Source: an uncultured Acidobacteriota bacterium (GTDB lineage: Bacteria > Acidobacteriota > Thermoanaerobaculia > Multivoradales > UBA5704). From it: a stretch of 64,000 nucleotides of DNA. Position numbers and translations under genes: made by a program. Below, one piece after another: positions 56,750 to 64,000 of the stretch. How positions within the stretch are numbered: position 1 is the stretch's first letter; the number at the start of each line of letters is the position of its first letter. Below the pieces are notes generated by a model. The model was not told where the DNA came from. It worked only from the letters and a program-made list of their open reading frames with translations, and made no database searches. Location of the stretch: contig CAVYRF010000002.1 of assembly GCA_963770895.1 (NCBI GenBank), forward strand, positions 2,720,001-2,784,000. Reading direction: 5' to 3'.

Positions 56750-57664
56750 CTAAACCTTGGCAGGCGGAGTGTAAAGCAGATCCAGCAGCTTTTTCTCCAC
56801 CGCCCGGAACTCCGCCGAGGACTTGAGGTTGATGTCGCGGTGGGCGAAGTACGGCACGTCGACGCGATGGAGGATGCGCGCCGGCCGCGACGACACGATG
56901 TAGACGGTGTCCGCCAGGTAGACCGCCTCGGACACGTCGTGGGTGACAAAGACGATGGTGTTGTCCTCGGTCTGGGACACGTCGAGCAGCAGTCCCTGCA
57001 TCCCCCAGCGGGTCTGCGGATCGAGGGCGCCGAACGGCTCGTCCATCAGCACCACGTGCGGCCGGTTGATCAAGGTGCGCGCGATGGCGACGCGCTGCTT
57101 CATGCCGCCCGACAGCTCGCGCGGGTAGCGGTCGCCAAACTCCGCCAGGCCGACCGAGTGCAGGTACTTGTCGGCCTGCGCGCGGCGCGAGTCGGCCGGC
57201 ACCCCCTGCAGCTTGAGCCCGTATTCCACGTTGGCGCGCACGGTCAGCCAGGCAAACGAGGTGTAGGCCTGAAACACCATGCCGCGGTCGCGTCCCACTC
57301 CGGTGACCGGTTCGCCGTGCACCAGCACCTCGCCCGCAGTGGGCACGATCAGGCCGGCGATGGTCTTGAGCAGCGTCGACTTGCCGCAGCCCGACGGCCC
57401 CAGAAACACCACCAGCTCTCCCACTCCCGGCTTGTCCAGGATGTCGAAGGACAGGTCGCGCACCGCCTCCAGCCCGACGCCGTGGTGGTCCAGGTAGCTC
57501 ACCGACAGGTTGCTGACGCGCAGCTTGGGAACCTGGTCCGTGGGCTCGGCGTGGTAGGTCGGCCGGTCTCGCGTGTCGGCGGGCGGCGTGATGGCGACGG
57601 TGCCGGGCTCGCCCGCCTGCGGGGCGGGCGCCGGAGCCGTGCTGGGAGTTTCGGAATCGATCAT
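56750..57664 (-). CDS. ABC ATP-binding protein (TauB/SsuB-like)
   Basis: GPSGCGKS, LSGGMKQR, LMDEPFGALD, VTHD. Confidence 0.93.
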   Translation of the reverse strand: MIDSETPSTAPAPAPQAGEPGTVAITPPADTRDRPTYHAEPTDQVPKLRVSNLSVSYLDHHGVGLEAVRDLSFDILDKPGVGELVVFLGPSGCGKSTLLKTIAGLIVPTAGEVLVHGEPVTGVGRDRGMVFQAYTSFAWLTVRANVEYGLKLQGVPADSRRAQADKYLHSVGLAEFGDRYPRELSGGMKQRVAIARTLINRPHVVLMDEPFGALDPQTRWGMQGLLLDVSQTEDNTIVFVTHDVSEAVYLADTVYIVSSRPARILHRVDVPYFAHRDINLKSSAEFRAVEKKLLDLLYTPPAKV

Positions 57665-57671
57665 GGGCTGC

Positions 57672-58475
57672 TCATTCGACCGTCGACTCGCGCCAGCGGA
57701 ACAGGTAGTCGGAGAGCGACCGGATGAGGTAATCGGTCAGCAAGCCGATGCCGCCGATCACCAGCAGGCCGGCAAACGACCACGAAGCCTTGAAGTGGGT
57801 GCGCGCCAGCTCCACCATGTACCCCAGGCCGCGCTCGGGATTGACCAGTTCGGCAAGGATCACGTACGTCCACGAAATGGAGTTCATCACCCGGAACGAA
57901 TCGAAGATCTCGGGCAGCGCCGCCGGCACCAGCACGGTGCGCACCACCTGCGCCTTGCTGGCTCCCAGCGTCAGCGCGGTCTGCACCAGCTCTTCGGGCA
58001 CGGCGCGAATCGAGGAGACGACCACCGGCAGCAGGTAGACGAAGACGCCCAGGAAGAGAAAGGCGATCTTTTCCTTCTCGTAGATCCCGAACCACAGGAT
58101 GAGCAGTGAGATGAACGCCGAGATCGGCATGTAGCGCAGCGGCGCCATGATCGGTTCAAAAAAGCGATTGATCGGCTCGAAGGCGCCCATCGCGACGCCG
58201 ATGGGCAGTGCCAGCGCCGAGGCCAGCAGGAAGGCCAGGGCGATCCGTCGCGTCGAGACGAGGATCGCCACGCCCAGATCGTACTGCACGAACAGCTGAA
58301 TCGTGCCGCGCACCACTTCGGTGGGCGACGGCAGGAAATCGGGTGGTGCGAACCGCCCGTAGGTCAGCACGCACCACACCAGGATGACCAGGCACGGGGC
58401 GACAAACCCCAGCGCGAACGAAATCGTCCGCGGCAGAGGCTGGCGCAGCGCGAAGAGGTCCCGCCGTCGCGCCAT
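57672..58475 (-). CDS. ABC permease (TauC/SsuC-like)
   Basis: LPSPTEV, EAA-like loop ELVQTALTLGAS, ILAELV; TGATG overlap with the upstream gene. Confidence 0.9.
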   Translation of the reverse strand: MARRRDLFALRQPLPRTISFALGFVAPCLVILVWCVLTYGRFAPPDFLPSPTEVVRGTIQLFVQYDLGVAILVSTRRIALAFLLASALALPIGVAMGAFEPINRFFEPIMAPLRYMPISAFISLLILWFGIYEKEKIAFLFLGVFVYLLPVVVSSIRAVPEELVQTALTLGASKAQVVRTVLVPAALPEIFDSFRVMNSISWTYVILAELVNPERGLGYMVELARTHFKASWSFAGLLVIGGIGLLTDYLIRSLSDYLFRWRESTVE

Positions 58476-60112
58476 CAGTTCACCGACAGGATGACCTTGA
58501 TCTCGGTGCGGCGGTTGAGCTCCCTGCCCCCTTCGGTGGAGTTGGACGCCACCGGATTGGTCGAACCGCGACCGATGGTCTGGAAGCGGTTGGGGTCGAC
58601 GCCGGGGAAGTTCTTGACGACGTAGTTCTTGACCGCCAGCGCCCGCCTTTCGGACAGCGTCATGTTGGTCTTGGCGCTGCCAGTCGTGTCGGTATTGCCT
58701 TCGATGCGCAGGTAGGTGTTGCCGAACGAGGTCATCGTTTCGCCCAGCGAATCGAGCACGATGTAGGACCCTTCCATGATCTCGTCGGAACCCGGGGTGA
58801 AGTGGATCTGGATCTGCTTGTTGATGATCGCCCGGTCGTTGGCCGACGGCGCCTTGGCGGCGAGCGTCGGCTCTTCCACCTTTTCGCCGGGGAAGTCGGA
58901 GGCCAGCGCGGCCAGGAAGCGCGTGTCGGCCCAATCCTTGGCGTCGACGGAGCGGGTCACCAGGCCCTTTTTGCGCCAGATCACGAAGGCGGTGTTGAAC
59001 AGGGTTTCATAGTGAGAGTGGCCGCCCGCCAGGCCGTAGAACTGCGCGTTGTCGGCGTAGCCGGTCAGCTTGAGGCCGGACAGCATGCCCGACACCGTGT
59101 CGGAGTCCAGCTTGAGCGCCTTGCCGACCAGGGCATCGGCGGTCGTCGGATCTTTTTTGATCGCCTCGATGCCCAACAGCCAGCCGTGCACGAAGTCGCG
59201 GATGCTGTCGGGTGCGCTGTCGATCACGTCCTGCCGCGCCACCAGGGTGTCGGCGATGATGTGGGTGGCGGCGGTGGTCGAAACCAGTACGTGCGCCTCG
59301 CTGCCGCGCGACGCCACCGCCCCCGACAGGTCGGGCTCCCAGGTCACCGCGGCGTCCACCTGGCGGGCCTTGAACATCGCCGCCGCGGCCGGCGCGTCCT
59401 GGGTGAAGATGATGTTCTTTTCCACCTCGGCGCGCTCGTCGGGGGTGAGCCCGGACTGCGCCAGCAGGTAGAGCAGCAGGAAGTGCGACGGCGTGAACTG
59501 GGTGCAGGAGATCTTGTGCCCCTTGAGCTGTTCGATCGAATTGATCGAAGCGAGCGACACGATGCCGTCGCCGCCGCGCGACCAGTCCTGCATCACGATC
59601 GACTTGCCCTTCTGTCCCTGCTCGGCCAGGATCGAAGCTTCGCGCGCCCAGGTGTCCACGGTGTCCCACATGACGTCGATGTCGCCCTTGCGGAAGGCGG
59701 CCAGCTTGGTGGCCGGATCTTCCAGCAGCACGAACTTGACGTCCAGGCCGAAGCGGCGGCTGTAGCCCGATCCGGGATTGGGATCCATGCCGTTGTTGAG
59801 CACGATGCCCGGCGAGTGGCCGGCCCAGGTGTTGATTCCCACCACCAGCGGCCGCGTCAGCTTGCCGCCGCCGCTGAGCGCGGCGGGGGTGACGCCGGCG
59901 GCGCCGGTGTCACGCTTCGGGTCGGCCGGGGCGTCCTTGAGCGCCGCAAAGTCCTTGGACGAATCGGCGCTGCCTGCCGCGGCATCGGCCGGATTGCGTT
60001 CCGCGCCGGCCCAGCGGCGGATGGTGTTGCCCTCGTAATGCCATGCGGCGTATCCCAGCACGGCCAGGATCACCACGGCTATGAACAGCTTCGCGAACGG
60101 CGTAAGTCGCAT
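58475..60112 (-). CDS. Substrate-binding protein (SsuA/NMT1-like) fused to a C-terminal OmpA-like peptidoglycan-binding domain
   Basis: N-terminal TM/signal; PBP2 motifs DWSRGGDGI and DAAVTWEP; OmpA motifs IEGNTD, LSERRA, NRRTEI. Confidence 0.88.
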   Translation of the reverse strand: MRLTPFAKLFIAVVILAVLGYAAWHYEGNTIRRWAGAERNPADAAAGSADSSKDFAALKDAPADPKRDTGAAGVTPAALSGGGKLTRPLVVGINTWAGHSPGIVLNNGMDPNPGSGYSRRFGLDVKFVLLEDPATKLAAFRKGDIDVMWDTVDTWAREASILAEQGQKGKSIVMQDWSRGGDGIVSLASINSIEQLKGHKISCTQFTPSHFLLLYLLAQSGLTPDERAEVEKNIIFTQDAPAAAAMFKARQVDAAVTWEPDLSGAVASRGSEAHVLVSTTAATHIIADTLVARQDVIDSAPDSIRDFVHGWLLGIEAIKKDPTTADALVGKALKLDSDTVSGMLSGLKLTGYADNAQFYGLAGGHSHYETLFNTAFVIWRKKGLVTRSVDAKDWADTRFLAALASDFPGEKVEEPTLAAKAPSANDRAIINKQIQIHFTPGSDEIMEGSYIVLDSLGETMTSFGNTYLRIEGNTDTTGSAKTNMTLSERRALAVKNYVVKNFPGVDPNRFQTIGRGSTNPVASNSTEGGRELNRRTEIKVILSVN

Positions 60113-60151
60113 AAGGTCTCCTCGATCGTCGAGCGGCGCGGGGGGCCAGCC

Positions 60152-60865
60152 CTACATCGTCTTCTGGCCCTGCGCTGCCTGGGCGGCGGCGCGCTTGGCT
60201 TTCAGCTCCGCAAGCTGCTGCTTGGCCTGCACGTCGCCGGCCTGGGACTTGAGCTGAGCCAGGCGCGAGTCGAGCGACGACTCCGCCAGCTCGGTGCCCA
60301 GGTTGGCCTCGGCGATGATGTTTTTGATGTGATCCCGCACGTTGTCCAGCGCCTTGACTTCGGCATCGACGGACAGTCCGTCGAGCTGCGACTGGATGCG
60401 CATGCGCGCCTGCGCCGACTGCATGCGGGCGAGCATGGTGTCGCGCTCGGCCTTCAGCTTCTTGATGTCGGACTGCACCGACAGCAGCGACTGCTTGGCG
60501 GAGTCGGCGTCGTGCTGCGCCGTGGTCAGGTCGCCCTGCAGCTCGCTCAAGTCGCTTGTCAGCTGGTTTTTCTTTTGAATCAGGATGATCGCGAGATCGT
60601 CCTGGTTGTTCTCGACCGCGACGGCCAGCTCGGCCTCGGTCTGCGCCAGCTCCTGGGTCGTCTGCTTGGTCTTTTCGCCCAGGTCTTCGCGGCGCCGCAG
60701 GATCGCGGCGGTCGCGCTCTTGAGCTTGGAATACTTCTCGATCATCGAATTGATCGCGTTTTCGTAGGCGATCTCGGGATGATCCTTCTCAATATCGGAA
60801 ATCCACAGCGAGAGGAAACCGCGCCAAAGGTTTCCCACCCGTGCGAAGAAACCGCTGCCAGCCAT
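60152..60865 (-). CDS. pspA: PspA/IM30 (ESCRT-III superfamily) protein
   Basis: N-terminal amphipathic helix [13 protein letters not shown], conserved DxP (EKDHPE), long coiled coil with DDLA, C-terminal QLAELK; 237 aa. Confidence 0.85.
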   Translation of the reverse strand: MAGSGFFARVGNLWRGFLSLWISDIEKDHPEIAYENAINSMIEKYSKLKSATAAILRRREDLGEKTKQTTQELAQTEAELAVAVENNQDDLAIILIQKKNQLTSDLSELQGDLTTAQHDADSAKQSLLSVQSDIKKLKAERDTMLARMQSAQARMRIQSQLDGLSVDAEVKALDNVRDHIKNIIAEANLGTELAESSLDSRLAQLKSQAGDVQAKQQLAELKAKRAAAQAAQGQKTM

Positions 60866-61554
60866 CAGGCGCTCCTTTCGGACGACTTGTCAGGCGTTGC
60901 CGGCGCCGCCTTGGCCGCCGCCGCCGGGGCATGCCCGAAGAATTCGAGCACGCGCGCCACCGCGAGCTTGCCGTCGGTGCAAGCCCGTTCCACTGCCTGC
61001 TGCTCCGCCACCCGTTGATCCATCACCTGCTTGATCCTCTGGATCTCCTGCTCGAACTGCGCGATCCGCTGCTGCGAATCGGCGAGCACCTTGCGCGTAT
61101 CGCCGGCGCCGGCCGCCACGTAGGCGTCCAAGGCACGGATCTCCTTGTCGCCGGCGCCGATGATGCGATCGACCGGCACGCCGAACGCCTTGAGCGACGC
61201 CTCGACGATCTGCCGCGCCGGGTCGCTGCCCGCCGGCAGAGCCTGCAGCAGCTCCGCCGCCTTGGTCACCTGCGCCTGTTCCTCCGCGTCGATCCCCGCC
61301 GCGGCATACACCGCGGCAAAGTCCACCTGCCCCCCCGGCGCCGCCGGCGGATCCGTCACGAACGCCGCGCTGCCGTCCGCCACTGCTGCCGATGTTGCCG
61401 GTGTGCCGTCCGTCGCTGTACTACTGTACGGAGCCGCGTCGCCGGAGTTGCCGGCCGTGCCGGCCCCGGCCGCATCGTCGGCAGCCGCAGGTTTGTCGTC
61501 GCGCTCCACGAACAGGCCCAGAACGCTGGAACCCCAACCCTTTTTGTCGCTCAT
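60865..61554 (-). CDS. Hypothetical helical/coiled-coil protein, first gene of the PspA operon
   Basis: [17 protein letters not shown].., a low-complexity linker, then [11 protein letters not shown] and a coiled coil ending VLEFF; TGATG overlap with pspA. Confidence 0.78.
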   Translation of the reverse strand: MSDKKGWGSSVLGLFVERDDKPAAADDAAGAGTAGNSGDAAPYSSTATDGTPATSAAVADGSAAFVTDPPAAPGGQVDFAAVYAAAGIDAEEQAQVTKAAELLQALPAGSDPARQIVEASLKAFGVPVDRIIGAGDKEIRALDAYVAAGAGDTRKVLADSQQRIAQFEQEIQRIKQVMDQRVAEQQAVERACTDGKLAVARVLEFFGHAPAAAAKAAPATPDKSSERSA

Positions 61555-61753
61555 GATGGTTTGGAACCTCGGGGAGCCCCTCAACAGGGCGTCCGGCGCC
61601 TGGCACCCGCCCCCCGCCAGCGTCAAGCTGACCCACGGGAGCCTTGGTGCCGGCGGTTGTCGAATACCTCCATCCTACCACGCCCGCCCGTACGGCAACC
61701 CCGGCGGCCGTCAGGCGCCAGGGTCGGGACCGGCGTACCCACCCGCGACACTG

Positions 61754-62008
61754 TCAGCGGTAAATCTCTCGCCGGTGTCCGATCCGCACCACCAGCACGG
61801 TGAGCTCGCGTTCCTGGACTTCGTACACGATGCGATAGCTGCCGACGCGGAGCCGGCGTAGCCCGGAGAACTCGCCTTTGAGCGCGCCACCGGCATGAGG
61901 CTGGTTCGAGAGGCGGTCGATTGCCGCCACGAGGCGTTCGCGCTCGGCGCGAGGCAGGGCTTGGAGTGACTTTGCCGCGCTGGCCTTAATCTTGACCGAG
62001 AAGCTCAC
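61754..62008 (-). CDS. relE: RelE/ParE-family toxin
   Basis: AAKSLQALP..LKGEFSGLRRLRVGSYRIVY..VVRIGHRREIY. Start at 62008 or 62017. Confidence 0.9.
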   Translation of the reverse strand: MSFSVKIKASAAKSLQALPRAERERLVAAIDRLSNQPHAGGALKGEFSGLRRLRVGSYRIVYEVQERELTVLVVRIGHRREIYR

Positions 62009-62207
62009 GCCGGACATCTTTCCAATCCAGGACTGGGTCGGCAGGGTCCTCCAGCCGCTCGAGGCCCAGCTTGAGGTCCTCCAAGTCGTCGAGGTAGTAC
62101 TCGATGGCCTGACGGATCAGGTCGGCGCGCGTACGGCGCAGCCGCTTGGCAGCGAGGTCCATTTCTTTGACCAGCGGTTCGGGAAGTCGGGCGGAGATTT
62201 GCGACAT
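61986..62207 (-). CDS. CopG/RHH antitoxin
   Basis: MSQISARLP..RTRADLIRQAIEYYL with an acidic C-terminus; overlaps the toxin; AGGAG RBS. Confidence 0.88.
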   Translation of the reverse strand: MSQISARLPEPLVKEMDLAAKRLRRTRADLIRQAIEYYLDDLEDLKLGLERLEDPADPVLDWKDVRRELLGQD

Positions 62208-62216
62208 GTTCACTCC

Positions 62217-62240
62217 TGACAGTCAGTGACTGTCATTGTA
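62217..62240 (-). promoter_or_regulatory. TA operator palindrome and -10 box
   Basis: Perfect inverted repeat TGACAGTCA-G-TGACTGTCA immediately downstream of a minus-strand TACAAT. Confidence 0.75.
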
Positions 62241-62359
62241 CTGCACCTATAGAGCTGCGCCCAGAACCTTGAACGCAGCCCAGGTCCAGTCGCGGGGGCC
62301 GCTGGCAATTCGGCGATCTGGGCTTCGCACAATGCACTCGTCGCGGTCCGCGTGCGGTG

Positions 62360-63160
62360 TTACAGGCTGTGAATGGCGCGCAGGACTGTCGCGGCGTTTT
62401 GGGGGGAGCAGAAGGTGCAGGGCTTGGTGGAGTGGGCGGGGTAGATGAGGTAGTAGCCGTCGACGGCGCGGCCCAGCTTGCGGAGGGCGGCTTGCAGCTT
62501 GTCGGTTGGGGTGTAGCGGAGGGAGATCTGGGTGACGACGCGGAGGGTGGGGTTTTTGGCCTTGACGAAGGTGGTGACCCGGGTGACGTAGGCGGCGTAG
62601 TCGTCGACGGAGAGGTTGCAGGTGTCGGAGAGGATGCGCTGGGCTTGGATGCTGAGCAGGTCGACCTGGCGCCAGTCGACTTGCTGGTAGAGGCCGGCGG
62701 CGAAGTTCTGCTTGCAGTCCTTCATGCCCATGAATTCGCCGTCGGGGGCCAGGCCGAAGCGCTGGCAGCCGGCGGCGTGCACCAGGCGGGCGGCGGCGGC
62801 GATGCTTTCTCCTGGATGCTGCTGCTCGGCGTCGGGGGTGTCGGTCCAATGCTCGATGTCGTACATCACCAGGCCGGGGGAGTCGGGGCCGCAGCCCAGG
62901 TGCTTGCGGACTCCGGACAGGCTGCCGGGCAGGACGAACAGGTGGTCGCGGCCGATGCGCCGGCCCAGGCGCGGGTCGGCCTGGGCGATGCGGGCGCTGA
63001 TGTAGTCACCCTTTTGCAGGGTCTGCGCGAGCGCCGGGAAGACGCTGGGGTCGGTGCTGTTGGCGAACATGGCGAAGGGGCCGCCGCCGCCGCTTCCCAG
63101 GGCGAGCGTGGCGACCAGCAGGGCGAGCGCGGCAAGCAGGGTCGAGCGCAGCAGGGCCAT
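62360..63160 (-). CDS. Secreted hypothetical protein (possible TIM-barrel fold)
   Basis: Signal peptide MALLRSTLLAAL.., GGAGG RBS, VMYDIEHW motif, several cysteines. Confidence 0.68.
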   Translation of the reverse strand: MALLRSTLLAALALLVATLALGSGGGGPFAMFANSTDPSVFPALAQTLQKGDYISARIAQADPRLGRRIGRDHLFVLPGSLSGVRKHLGCGPDSPGLVMYDIEHWTDTPDAEQQHPGESIAAAARLVHAAGCQRFGLAPDGEFMGMKDCKQNFAAGLYQQVDWRQVDLLSIQAQRILSDTCNLSVDDYAAYVTRVTTFVKAKNPTLRVVTQISLRYTPTDKLQAALRKLGRAVDGYYLIYPAHSTKPCTFCSPQNAATVLRAIHSL

Positions 63161-63278
63161 GGTCTGTCCTCCGGGCGAGTTCCCGCGTCTTTCCTGAGGA
63201 TATGCGATTTCATGCATGAGCGGCGCCGCGGGCTTGTCGGTTAGGATGGCGCCCACCCGCTCGTGAAAGGAGCCCAAC

Positions 63279-64000
63279 GTGCGCTTTGTCCCGTCAAGCC
63301 TTGCCTCCCGCCGGACGCCGCCGCTGCCTGGCCGGCGCGTTCTCGCCCTTCGTTTCAGCTTGGTTGCCCTGGCGGCGCTGGCGCTGCTGGCCGGCGGCGC
63401 CGCCGTGCGGGCGCCGCTCCACGCCGCCACGGCGGCGGCCGCGCAACAGCCGCCGCCGGTGCCGAGCGGGGCGCCGCCGGAGGCGCCGCGCAAGGACGCG
63501 CAGAACGCCTACGAGCCGCGGACGACGACCGGCGCCGGCCAGGCTTTTCTGGCGACGTTCGCGGGGGATTGGGACGTGGTCAAGACGTTCTACCCGCAGC
63601 ACGGCGATCCGGTGCGCACGACCGGCGAGTGCCATCAAAAGATGGTGCACGAGGGCCACTTCCTGGAATCCGAGTTCGTGTTCTTCGACAAGGATGGCGG
63701 CCAGACGACCGGCACCGGCATCTCGGGTTTCGATCCCAAGAGCGGCAGGTTCACCACCGTCTGGTACGACTCGCGCGGCACCACGATGTCGATGCGGCAG
63801 AGCGAAGGGACCTTCGACGGCAAGGAGATCCTGCTGTACAGCGCCTCGCTGGACGCGGCCAAGCCGGAGCGGCGCTCGATCACCCGCACCCACCTGGAAG
63901 ACAACGGCCGCATCCTGGTGCACCGCCACTACCTGATCCAGGCCGATGGCAAGGAGCGGCTGATGATGGAGCTGCTGCTGACGCGGAAGGGCACCGCCGC
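63279..64000 (+). CDS. DUF1579-like secreted protein (3' end at or beyond the window edge)
   Basis: AAAGGAG RBS and GTG start; signal peptide; FAGDWDV, GISGFDPKSGRFTTVWYDS, LMMELLLTRK. Absent from the ORF track because no stop lies in the window. Confidence 0.75.
   Translation, partial: MRFVPSSLASRRTPPLPGRRVLALRFSLVALAALALLAGGAAVRAPLHAATAAAAQQPPPVPSGAPPEAPRKDAQNAYEPRTTTGAGQAFLATFAGDWDVVKTFYPQHGDPVRTTGECHQKMVHEGHFLESEFVFFDKDGGQTTGTGISGFDPKSGRFTTVWYDSRGTTMSMRQSEGTFDGKEILLYSASLDAAKPERRSITRTHLEDNGRILVHRHYLIQADGKERLMMELLLTRKGTA

Overview
Very GC-rich bacterial chromosomal window, probably Acidobacteriota of the Thermoanaerobaculia type (inferred from gene content, not proven). Left to right: a minus-strand transport operon mixing ABC and RND parts; an MsbA-like ABC exporter; AddB/AddA helicase-nuclease; a GT2 glycosyltransferase; a PEGA protein; pterin dehydratase; glycogen phosphorylase; two tandem paralogous secreted proteins; rhodanese-SufE; a membrane protein/wHTH/UppS operon; htpG; an FHA-PP2C-Ser/Thr kinase-RodA/PBP fusion-FHA operon; a MerR regulator; an OB-fold protein; a 4.4-kb IS1-family transposon with cargo (8-bp target duplication intact); a 7-gene PspA/SBP-OmpA/ABC/classical-AAA operon; a RelBE-like toxin-antitoxin pair; two secreted proteins. 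The best candidate for an undescribed system is the PspA (ESCRT-III-like) operon with its classical AAA ATPase, SBP-OmpA fusion and ABC transporter. Other highlights are two copies of a ~165-bp palindromic MITE-like element with compensatory changes, a candidate sigma54-driven sRNA, a structured leader upstream of a NYN nuclease, and an unannotated 34-aa membrane microprotein. Many long ORFs in the supplied track are GC shadow frames, and starts were re-assigned from stop/start overlaps and RBS positions. All family assignments come from motif recognition by eye; no database searches were run.
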